A stretch of DNA of 64,000 bases, taken from contig CAYVKP010000001.1 in assembly GCA_964452165.1 (NCBI GenBank), forward strand, positions 426,375 to 490,374. The letters run 5' to 3'. Below the pieces are notes generated by a model. The model was given only the letters and a program-made list of their open reading frames with translations, was not told the DNA's origin and made no database searches. This DNA comes from an uncultured Gammaproteobacteria bacterium (lineage in GTDB: Bacteria; Patescibacteriota; Microgenomatia; Levybacterales; GWA1-39-11). Positions 8,324 to 16,008 of the stretch are shown piece after piece. Both the position numbers and the translations under genes were made by a program. How positions within the stretch are numbered: the stretch's first letter is position 1; the number at the start of each line of letters is the position of its first letter.

Positions 8324-10804
8324 TTAGGAATTAGAATCCATTTCAAAATCCTGCTCAAGCTTTTCCTCAAGCGTACGCATTATTTTTTTAAGGTCTATAC
8401 CTCTTTCAAGTGTTGGTTTCCAAAGGTCTCCTACCTTTTCAATTCGGGTCAAAATGTTTTTAATTGTAAAGTCACCAGGTGACAATTTCCTGTTAACCTC
8501 ACTCCATTTGAGTGGTGTGGAAACCGTTGCACCAGGACGTGGCCTGATGGAATATGGAGCGGCGAGAGTTTGCCCTATCCTATTTTGTAAAAAATCTAAA
8601 TAAACCTTGCGTTTTCTTTTGGAGGGACTTCTAGCAACACTTGTAAAATCAGGATTTTTACGATTTACAATATTAACGATAATTTCTACAAATTTCCGGC
8701 CTTGTTCGTGAGTGTATTTACCTCCCGTCGGAATATAAATATGAATACCCGTTGCACCTGAGGTCTTTGGATAGCTTTCTATCTCCAGTTTCTCCAAAAC
8801 ACCACGCACTTGGTTGGCAGCATCGACAACCTTATCAAAACCTATTTCTTCAGGATCTAAATCCACAATTACGTAGTCTGGGTTCTCAAGACTTCCAATT
8901 TTGCTGTTCCAGGGATTTATGTCAATACAGCCTAGATTGACCATATAAAGAAGCGCTTCCAAATTATTGCATACAAGGTAATTTATATCCTTTCCCTCGC
9001 TGTCAGATGGTATTTTTACAGAGTCTACAAAGCTTGGCAATTTAAAATTAATGTCTTTTTGAAAAAAACTTTCACCGTTAATTCCATTCGGATAACGCTT
9101 TAAAGATTCCGGCCTGTTTTTAAGATAGGGTAAAATTAGGCCTGAGATTTTTTGATAATACTGTCTGAGATCTCCTTTCGTGTAGCCTTCACCGGGCCAG
9201 AAGACCTTATCAGGGTTAGAAAATTTTAAAGCCTCGGGTTTTGTCGCAGCTTTTACTTCTTTCGGTTTTTCAATGGTTATTTCTTGTGGACTTTTGTCAG
9301 CCCTCAAACCTTTGAAAATAGGTTGCCTCATGTGTCCTCCTTCAGTCCACTGTGAGAATTCAACCTCACAAATAAGCACTGGCTCTACCCAGGTCGCAGG
9401 CATATTGGTAACGGGCACGCGTTTAAAAGGAGATCTATGGGTAACGATTTTTTGTAGTCGTGAGTCCATGCTTTTAAGACTTACCTCATCAAATCCGCTA
9501 CCCGTATGTCCCACATAAGTCAGTTCCCCATTCTTATAGACACCCAAGATTAATGCACCAAAATATTTTCTTCCCCCACGGGGGCGTGTAAAACCGCAAA
9601 TAATTACCTCTTGTCTTGCATGTGTTTTTATTTTCAACCAATTATTTCCCCGAATACCAGCCTGATAAGTGCTGTTCGATTTCTTCGCGATAATCCCTTC
9701 AAGTCCTTCCTTTGCTGCAGCGGCAAAGAATTTTATTCCGTTGCGCGTTATGTGCGATCCTACCTGAATATTGCTGTTCTCAGGAATAAGATTTGCCAAG
9801 ATTTCCTTTCGTTTTACGAGTGGTACGTCCATGAGGTTTTTGTCGTTCAAAAAGAGAATATCAAATGCATAATAAATTAAACTACCCCTGTTAACTTTTC
9901 TGTAATTTTGCAAATTTTGAAAATTGGGCTTTCCATTATCGTCAACTACAACAATTTCCCCGTCGAGCACAGCATTTAACTTAAGTGCGTTGAGCGATTC
10001 CACGAGAGCTGGGTAGTGTGTATTAAAAAGAGTTTCATTCCGGGAATATAATCTAACTTTTTTTTGGGAGCAATCTGCGATTGCTCGATATCCATCCCAT
10101 TTTATTTCAAATATAAACTCCTCATCGTCAAAAGGTTTATCAATAAGCGTAGCAAGCATTGGCTTTATAAACTCTGGGATTTTATCTTTCGGTAGAGATC
10201 TTAAAAATTCCTCGTCAATGCTTCCCTTGCGGGATCCGCTTCCCACCTCATCTACTTTTACTCCCGATACAACAGATCTATCCTGCAAGGTGACATCCTC
10301 ACTGGTTGCGTATTCGTCCTTTTCTTTTATAAGGAGCCACGAATTTTCTTCATCTGCGTTTTTCAATTTTACGAGCGCCCATAACCCTTTTAGCTTTTCC
10401 CCAAACAATCTAAATTTAATATTTCCGGTATGTAATTCTTTCAAGATTTCTTTTTCGGAATTTTCAGGATTGTTCGCCGATTCATAAGTTCCAGCATCCC
10501 AGATAATTACATTCCCTGCTCCATAATTTCCCTCGGGTATTATTCCTTCAAAATTACGATAATCAAAAGGGTGATCTTCAACCATCATGGCAAGACGCTT
10601 GACCGATGTATCCGGTGAAGGGCCTTTTGGAACCGCCCAGCTCTTTAAAACGCCGTCTGCTTCAAGCCTGAAGTCGTAGTGGAGATGGGAAGCGTGGTGC
10701 TTTTGAATTACAAACCGCAGAGGACCCTGATGGTTTTTTTGCATACCCGCGGGTTCCGGTGTTTTATCAAATTTGCGTTTTTCATTATAAAGTTTTAACG
10801 TCAT
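8324..10804 (-). CDS. ligD: NHEJ DNA ligase D (phosphoesterase-ligase-polymerase order)
   Basis: QKHHASHLHYDFRLE (PE), EIKWDGYR and EGIIAK (ligase), DLDP and KTSGATGIHI (primase-like polymerase). Confidence 0.96.
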   Translation of the reverse strand: MTLKLYNEKRKFDKTPEPAGMQKNHQGPLRFVIQKHHASHLHYDFRLEADGVLKSWAVPKGPSPDTSVKRLAMMVEDHPFDYRNFEGIIPEGNYGAGNVIIWDAGTYESANNPENSEKEILKELHTGNIKFRLFGEKLKGLWALVKLKNADEENSWLLIKEKDEYATSEDVTLQDRSVVSGVKVDEVGSGSRKGSIDEEFLRSLPKDKIPEFIKPMLATLIDKPFDDEEFIFEIKWDGYRAIADCSQKKVRLYSRNETLFNTHYPALVESLNALKLNAVLDGEIVVVDDNGKPNFQNLQNYRKVNRGSLIYYAFDILFLNDKNLMDVPLVKRKEILANLIPENSNIQVGSHITRNGIKFFAAAAKEGLEGIIAKKSNSTYQAGIRGNNWLKIKTHARQEVIICGFTRPRGGRKYFGALILGVYKNGELTYVGHTGSGFDEVSLKSMDSRLQKIVTHRSPFKRVPVTNMPATWVEPVLICEVEFSQWTEGGHMRQPIFKGLRADKSPQEITIEKPKEVKAATKPEALKFSNPDKVFWPGEGYTKGDLRQYYQKISGLILPYLKNRPESLKRYPNGINGESFFQKDINFKLPSFVDSVKIPSDSEGKDINYLVCNNLEALLYMVNLGCIDINPWNSKIGSLENPDYVIVDLDPEEIGFDKVVDAANQVRGVLEKLEIESYPKTSGATGIHIYIPTGGKYTHEQGRKFVEIIVNIVNRKNPDFTSVARSPSKRKRKVYLDFLQNRIGQTLAAPYSIRPRPGATVSTPLKWSEVNRKLSPGDFTIKNILTRIEKVGDLWKPTLERGIDLKKIMRTLEEKLEQDFEMDSNS

Positions 10805-11574
10805 TATGCATTTTCTTCGGCAAGACTTTGTTTTAAAAGTGACATTAGATCACGAACATGAGTAGGGGGTTTCGTAGTCTTTGGAGTTGGAAGTTTTTCA
10901 CCCTTTGCTTTTTTTGCGATCATCTTCTCAAGCTTCTCACGATAAGTGTCTTCATAGTCCTCGGGGTTAAAGGGTTTTGTTAACTTATCAATCAATGAAG
11001 TTGCCATATCTATTTCGGTTTTTGATACACGTTCATCTTTTGGAACGGAAAGATCTTTGTGACTTCTTATTTCCTCTCGGAATCTAATTTTATTAAGAAT
11101 TATGATGTTGGAGTGAGGTTTTAAAACTGCTAAAGACTCCCTAGTTCTTAAGATAAAGCTTGCAACCCCAACCGTCTTTGATTCTTTCAGAGCTTCATAC
11201 AAAAGATAATATGCTTTTTGAGCGTTTTTGGCAGGTTCCACATAATAAGGCGTATCAAAATATTCCGTATCAATCTCGTCAGCTTTTGCAAAACTCAGGA
11301 TTTGTATAGAGTCGTGTTTCTCGGGACTTGCGTGTTTTAAATCATCATCTGTTATGACAACATAATCTCCATCCCTAAATTCGAAACCTCTAACCAAGTC
11401 TTTATATTCAATTTCCTTTTCTTCCTTCTCACAGATTTTGGCATATCGGACTCGCGATAAATCTGTTTTATGTAGATAATCAAAATCCAGATTTTTATCT
11501 TCCGTACCCGGGTACAATCTGATGGGAATATTTACTAAACCAAAGTTGATAGAACCTGACCATATCGCTCTCAT
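10804..11574 (-). CDS. ku: NHEJ Ku protein
   Basis: MRAIWSGSINFGLVNIP N-terminus and DLMSLLKQSL C-terminus; stop overlaps the ligD start. Start moved to 11574. Confidence 0.95.
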   Translation of the reverse strand: MRAIWSGSINFGLVNIPIRLYPGTEDKNLDFDYLHKTDLSRVRYAKICEKEEKEIEYKDLVRGFEFRDGDYVVITDDDLKHASPEKHDSIQILSFAKADEIDTEYFDTPYYVEPAKNAQKAYYLLYEALKESKTVGVASFILRTRESLAVLKPHSNIIILNKIRFREEIRSHKDLSVPKDERVSKTEIDMATSLIDKLTKPFNPEDYEDTYREKLEKMIAKKAKGEKLPTPKTTKPPTHVRDLMSLLKQSLAEENA

Positions 11575-11677
11575 AATAAGCAAAGTATAGGTCAAAAAAA
11601 TGGCCAATACAACAATTTTCACGCAACTATTACGAATTGTTTACGCGTTTATTATTCTCTAAAACTAAGGTTAATAT

Positions 11678-11893
11678 GTGGTAAAAACTAAGGTTACGGA
11701 TAATACGCAAAAGGACCCAAAAGATTGGAAAACGGGTGAGGAACGCGCTACGGGAGCCCAGATTTCTTATTTGACCACCATGGCTCAAGAAGCGGGCGTT
11801 AAGATTGATACGAAGGGTTTAACAAAAGCTGCAGCCGCAGAAAAAATAGAAGAACTTCAGAAGGTTACAGGCCGCGGACAATCAGCTAATTGA
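11678..11893 (+). CDS. DUF3072-like small protein
   Basis: KDPKDWKTGEERATGAQISYL..LTKAAA motif. Confidence 0.75.
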   Translation: MVKTKVTDNTQKDPKDWKTGEERATGAQISYLTTMAQEAGVKIDTKGLTKAAAAEKIEELQKVTGRGQSAN

Positions 11894-12615
11894 TGAAAAT
11901 CCGAATTGGAACCTCGGGCTTCAATTATAAGGAGTGGAAGGGAAGCTTTTATCCTGATAATTTACCGCAAAAAAAGTGGTTGGAGTTTTATGCGTCCAAA
12001 TTTGATTCTGTTGAAATAAATAATAGTTTTTACATTACAGTGAAACCTGCAACTTATGAAAACTGGTATAAGATAACGCCAGCCCATTTTATCTTTGTAA
12101 TAAAAGGACATAGATTTATAACCCAACTGAAAAAACTTGCAGGCGTTGAGGATTCGGTGCGATTGTTTTTTGAAAACGCTAAGCCTTTAGGTGAAAAATT
12201 GAAAGTGGTTCTCTGGCAATTTCCAAGGAATTTTTCGTTCAATGAAAAAAGCTTTGAGCGATTGAAAACTTTTCTGGATTTAGTCCCGCAGAATATTAAA
12301 CACGCTTTTGAATTTAGAGAAAAAGGTTGGTTTAGAGATGAAGTTTGCCAACTTTTAGAAGCCAATAATTCAACGCTTGTAATTGCTCAGTCTTCAAAAT
12401 TTCCGGAGATAGAAATGCCGGGAGGCAAACTTGTATATATAAGGCTTCATGGGCCGAAGGGATTGTATTCGTCGGGATACACAGACAATCAGCTTGAAAA
12501 CTGGGCAAAAAAAATTCGGCTGTATTCAAAAAAAGAAGAAGTTTATGCCTTTTTTAATAATGATAATGGCGGCTACGCAACAGAGAATGCGATGAGATTA
12601 AAATCTCTTATGTGA
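11893..12615 (+). CDS. DUF72 (YecE-like) protein
   Basis: IGTSGF, VEINNSFY, LWQFP, AFEFR, YIRLHG, FFNND. Confidence 0.9.
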   Translation: MKIRIGTSGFNYKEWKGSFYPDNLPQKKWLEFYASKFDSVEINNSFYITVKPATYENWYKITPAHFIFVIKGHRFITQLKKLAGVEDSVRLFFENAKPLGEKLKVVLWQFPRNFSFNEKSFERLKTFLDLVPQNIKHAFEFREKGWFRDEVCQLLEANNSTLVIAQSSKFPEIEMPGGKLVYIRLHGPKGLYSSGYTDNQLENWAKKIRLYSKKEEVYAFFNNDNGGYATENAMRLKSLM

Positions 12616-12630
12616 CCCAAATGTTTTTCT
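12611..12630 (+). repeat. att-like repeat R1 (TGTGACCCAAATGTTTTTCT)
   Basis: 17/18 identical to R5 (14326-14343), 16/20 to R3 (13674-13693); first 8 nt match the tRNA-Glu 3'-end junction at 15104. Confidence 0.7.
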
Positions 12631-12946
12631 ACTTCATAAGTTCAAATGCCTCTTTAAGCCATTTGAGTAGATCACTGTCTATGTCCTCTGGTTTTTCGAT
12701 TTTTAATTCATTATGAAATCTGCTCTTTGAGACTTGTTCTTGTTTTGCTATTCTCAAGCTATTAATGGGAGATGCCGAGACGATGTTGAGAATAAAATAT
12801 TCTTTTCTTGGATGTACTCCCGCAAATGCAGCTCTATTTTTGAAATGTATTGAAGTTTTCTTTTCTTCCACAGTGATCTCTCCAAATTTCTTAAGTTCGG
12901 TCAGCAGTTGTTGATAGAGGCTCTTTACATAAGGAGTTAATTCCAT
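12629..12946 (-). CDS. DUF5655-like small protein
   Basis: KKTSIHFK..AFAGVHPRK and DIDSDLLKWLKEAF motifs; own extended -10 at 12953-12961. Confidence 0.7.
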   Translation of the reverse strand: MELTPYVKSLYQQLLTELKKFGEITVEEKKTSIHFKNRAAFAGVHPRKEYFILNIVSASPINSLRIAKQEQVSKSRFHNELKIEKPEDIDSDLLKWLKEAFELMK

Positions 12947-12974
12947 GCTGTAATTTTAACAAATTATCGTTCTT

Positions 12975-13006
12975 TGTGTGACTTACCGGCTACCATCAGG
13001 AATTAG
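12975..13006 (+). repeat. Degenerate att-like repeat R2
   Basis: TGTGTGAC (identical to 15102-15109), followed by ACCATCAGGAATTAG, which is 13/15 identical to 13704-13718 in R3. Confidence 0.5.
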
Positions 13007-13027
13007 GTCGCTGTTATAATAGTTATC

Positions 13028-13678
13028 ATGTATAAAGATAAAATATCCATCATTACATTAATTCTTGTTAATCTTATTCCGCTTTACGGAGTTTTATTTG
13101 ATAATTGGCAGATATTTACAGTTGTATTTTCGTACTGGTTACAGAGCCTTGTCGTCGGAATGTACACAATATTAAAAATGATGAAAGACCAAGGAATTTC
13201 AGAAAGCCAGAAAGTTACTAAAGATGATAACCAGCTCCTAATGAAGCAATACAGTAGGCTCTCAAATATTATTCTTATTCCATTTTTTTGTTTACATTAC
13301 GGAGGTTTTTTACTTGGTCATCTAGTTTTCATTATCGGTCTTTTTCCGGTAAAAAATTTTCATATTACCCAAATGATTATTCCTTCTATTGCTTTAGTAA
13401 TTAATCACGGCGTTTCATACTGGAAAAATTTCATAGGTCAAAAAGAATATCTTTACATTGCTCCACTAGAGCAAATGGGTACTCCCTACATAAGGGTTTT
13501 TGTTATGCATTTAACTGTTCTTGGTGGGGCATTTATGATTGTGTTGTTGCATTTGCCCATTTTTGCTCTGGTTCTGCTGGTCCTGCTGAAGACATACGGA
13601 GATTATTGGTCGCATATCGTAGAACATAAATTGATTGAACAGAAACGACTACCTACTTACCAAAAACAATCTTTGTGA
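13028..13678 (+). CDS. DUF6498-like membrane protein
   Basis: NLIPLYGVLF..W, YW, FFCLHYGGF..GH, PYIRVFVMHL motifs. Confidence 0.7.
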   Translation: MYKDKISIITLILVNLIPLYGVLFDNWQIFTVVFSYWLQSLVVGMYTILKMMKDQGISESQKVTKDDNQLLMKQYSRLSNIILIPFFCLHYGGFLLGHLVFIIGLFPVKNFHITQMIIPSIALVINHGVSYWKNFIGQKEYLYIAPLEQMGTPYIRVFVMHLTVLGGAFMIVLLHLPIFALVLLVLLKTYGDYWSHIVEHKLIEQKRLPTYQKQSL

Positions 13679-13718
13679 CCCAGATATTTCTCCTTGTTTA
13701 ACCACCATCAGGAGTTGG
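13674..13718 (+). repeat. att-like repeat R3
   Basis: TGTGACCCAGATATTTCTCC...ACCATCAGGAGTTGG; includes the TGA stop of the upstream gene, as R1 does. Confidence 0.65.
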
Positions 13719-13760
13719 CCAGTTTAAATGAATTTTCACATCAGCATCTCCATTAAGAGG

Positions 13761-13781
13761 TGTGGCCTGAGATGTTCAGGC
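13761..13781 (+). repeat. Possible degenerate repeat R4 and/or hairpin between convergent genes
   Basis: TGTGGCCTGAGATGTTC resembles R5 with a 1-nt insertion; GCCTGA-N5-TCAGGC also forms a stem. Confidence 0.35.
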
Positions 13782-13814
13782 TCTTTAGATTTGGAGCTTT
13801 CAGTATTCGTATTT

Positions 13815-14285
13815 TCAGTTGATGAAAGGAACTTTTTGGCAAACGGAGTTAATACATTTTGCATTATATCTTTTGCCATTATTGTTGGAACAGATACATG
13901 AAGTTAGCACACTGTTGTGTCGTGGTGGGTTACAACTTTGACTTGCAGATTTGATCCAATCTGTATTAACTGCTTTTGATTCCTCTGAAGAAGATTCACA
14001 ACAGCCTTCGCAAACACTGTATGGATAAGCCAATTCGCAATCTTTATCCATGGAGCACTTATTAAAAAAGGAAGGTTTCTCGCTATGTATGTTGCTTACA
14101 GCAAGATAGCTAATAAAACGGAAAGATAATGGGCCAACGACAAGAATAGTTATAGCCATCAATACAAGAATAATAGACAATGGGATACCTCTAATTTTTC
14201 TACCCGAAAGTTTGTGAACAAGGTTTTCAAATATTTCTTGGTCAGGCTGAGGCAGGTTGGGATGATTTTGATTGTTTTCTTCCAC
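13815..14285 (-). CDS. Membrane-anchored protein with Cys-rich extracellular domain
   Basis: One TM segment, then CSMDKDC...CEGCC...AVN...C...CIC...AKCINSVC (10 Cys). Confidence 0.65.
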   Translation of the reverse strand: MEENNQNHPNLPQPDQEIFENLVHKLSGRKIRGIPLSIILVLMAITILVVGPLSFRFISYLAVSNIHSEKPSFFNKCSMDKDCELAYPYSVCEGCCESSSEESKAVNTDWIKSASQSCNPPRHNSVLTSCICSNNNGKRYNAKCINSVCQKVPFIN

Positions 14286-14325
14286 CTCTCGAGTATTTCA
14301 CGAAGCAAGCTATGTGTCAAATTGC

Positions 14326-14400
14326 TGTGGCCCAAATGTTTTTGCATTGGAACCAAATATGTAGTTCTTTGGAGCAGTGGAGAAACATACTGCAATCGTT
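14326..14400 (+). repeat. att-like repeat R5 (longest-preserved copy)
   Basis: TGTGGCCCAAATGTTTTT is 17/18 identical to R1; reads VAQMFLHWNQICSSLEQWRNIL. Confidence 0.65.
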
Positions 14401-14413
14401 GTATACTCTTAAT

Positions 14414-15088
14414 GTGAACGAAAATGGTGAGATGCCAGTTAAAGAAGCTGGACAACAAAGTTTTAAAGACGAGCTTGTTGAAAAAATCGGATTTGTTCCC
14501 ACAACAACCCCAGAAGATATAAGACTTGTAAGAGGTACAAATAATGATGAGTCTGAAGACGTGGTACAACATGGTTGGGGAGTAAGTCGTGGAACTGTTT
14601 TCCAAGGAAACGCAGAATACCTTTCAACAGACGCAGATGAGGCAGCTGAAAAAATTGCAAGTTTACATAGAGGGGCAAGAACAGGACTAATCTTTGCGAT
14701 ACCGAATATTTACGCTGAATGGGGAGCCTTAAAAAATGCCAGAAAGATTGATGCTGAGATAAGACCTGAGCTTCCATTTGCTGAACCTGATCCTACCGGT
14801 TCTCGCGTAAGGATAGGAGAAGCAACTGCTGATTATGTTGTTCCACCTGAATATGTCGAGGGATATTATGATAAAGATGAGAAGGCATGGCATCCAAATC
14901 CTTTATTTTGGACCAACGTGGTAAAGAAAAAAGCTATAGATGAAGGGTGGACAGAGGAGCAATTGCAAGCAAAAGTTAGTGAGATGCGAGGGGAAAGAAA
15001 ACAAAAAGGACTCGCGAGATTACGTGAGGAGAATAATAAAACAAATGACCTTAACCGCGAGGCACTGAAGAGTCTTCCTAAGACTTAG
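14414..15088 (+). CDS. Hypothetical protein, candidate ADP-ribosyltransferase/Tpt1-like fold
   Basis: Ordered motifs LVRGT..VVQHGW, YLSTD..EA, LIFAIP, VVPPEYV. Likely GTG start at 14414, 6 nt after TATACT (14402-14407). Confidence 0.5.
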   Translation: MNENGEMPVKEAGQQSFKDELVEKIGFVPTTTPEDIRLVRGTNNDESEDVVQHGWGVSRGTVFQGNAEYLSTDADEAAEKIASLHRGARTGLIFAIPNIYAEWGALKNARKIDAEIRPELPFAEPDPTGSRVRIGEATADYVVPPEYVEGYYDKDEKAWHPNPLFWTNVVKKKAIDEGWTEEQLQAKVSEMRGERKQKGLARLREENNKTNDLNREALKSLPKT

Positions 15089-15105
15089 AAATTTAGCTCC
15101 GTGTG

Positions 15106-15178
15106 TGACCCCAGGCGAAGTCGAATCGCCGTTACCAGGATGAGAACCTGGTGTCCTAGGCCACTAGACGATGGGGCC
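15106..15178 (-). tRNA. tRNA-Glu (anticodon CTC), CCA not encoded
   Basis: Reverse complement GGCCCCATCGTCTAGTGGCCTAGGACACCAGGTTCTCATCCTGGTAACGGCGATTCGACTTCGCCTGGGGTCA folds as a cloverleaf; anticodon loop TT-CTC-AT. Confidence 0.95.
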
Positions 15179-15248
15179 AAGTGGTAAAGTATTTTACCTT
15201 AAATTGAGCCTTGAACTCAAGCTCGGCTTGATTTGTTATAATGTTTTT

Positions 15249-16004
15249 ATGAAACCGTTTTTCTTGTCCGTGGTGATTCCCTCCTACAACGAGATGGGAA
15301 ATCTTCGCAAAGGAATACTTGACCACATAGAGCATTACCTTGAGAGACAGAAGTATAAATACGAAGTGATAATAGTTGATGATGGATCAACTGACGGAAG
15401 CCGGGAGTTTGTAAAGGAGTTTGCAAAAGAAAACCATAAGTTTCGTTTAATGGAAAACTCGCATATGGGCAAAGCCGGGGCAGTAACCGCGGGTGTTTTA
15501 ACAGCCGTGGGCGATTATATTCTTTTCACCGATATGGATCAAGCAACCCCCATTGAGGAGCTTGAAAAACTTTTGCCTTTGGCAGAGAAGGGTGGAGATA
15601 TTATCATTGGATCCCGCAATGCAAGGCGTGGTGCACCTTTTTCCCGCCGAGTTATGTCAAAAAGCGCAGCGCTTCTGAGGATTTTGTTCGTAGGTATGCC
15701 GAAGCTCAAGGATACCCAGTGTGGTTTCAAGCTTTTTACAAAAAAAGCCGCTCGCGATATCTTCACCAAGATACACAAGATTCATAATGGATTTAAGACT
15801 ATCAGAGGGTCCTCGGTTACTGCCGGTTTTGATGTAGAGTTGTTGTACCTTGGTAAAAAAATGGGTTATTTTATTGTGGAGGTTCCGGTTGATTGGCTTT
15901 ATGTTGAAACCCGCCGCGTCTCTCCAATAAAAGACTCCATAGGAGGGGTTATTGATCTTATAAAAATTAAAAAGAATATTATAAAAGGGGTCTACAACAA
16001 CTAA
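15249..16004 (+). CDS. GT2 polyprenol-phosphate glycosyltransferase (Dol-P-Glc synthase-like)
   Basis: VVIPSYNE, VDDGSTD, FTDMDQAT, DTQCGFK, FDVELL. Start moved to ATG 15249, since the longer ORF overlaps the tRNA. Confidence 0.88.
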   Translation: MKPFFLSVVIPSYNEMGNLRKGILDHIEHYLERQKYKYEVIIVDDGSTDGSREFVKEFAKENHKFRLMENSHMGKAGAVTAGVLTAVGDYILFTDMDQATPIEELEKLLPLAEKGGDIIIGSRNARRGAPFSRRVMSKSAALLRILFVGMPKLKDTQCGFKLFTKKAARDIFTKIHKIHNGFKTIRGSSVTAGFDVELLYLGKKMGYFIVEVPVDWLYVETRRVSPIKDSIGGVIDLIKIKKNIIKGVYNN

Positions 16005-16008
16005 TTTT

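Noticed and set aside
14159-14605. 148-aa minus-strand ORF, and the 14312 start for the ART-like ORF
   Set aside because: The minus ORF overlaps two better-supported genes. The 14312-14413 extension is repeat R5 plus the promoter, so GTG 14414 is preferred.
12611-15110. CRISPR array or classical integron attC interpretation of the repeats
   Set aside because: Spacing is gene-sized and irregular, the repeats are degenerate and non-palindromic, no RYYYAAC/GTTRRRY attC ends were seen, and there is no cas or intI gene.
15171-15248. N-terminal extension of the first GT2 in the ORF track
   Set aside because: It overlaps the tRNA 5' end and both promoters; the true start is most likely ATG 15249.
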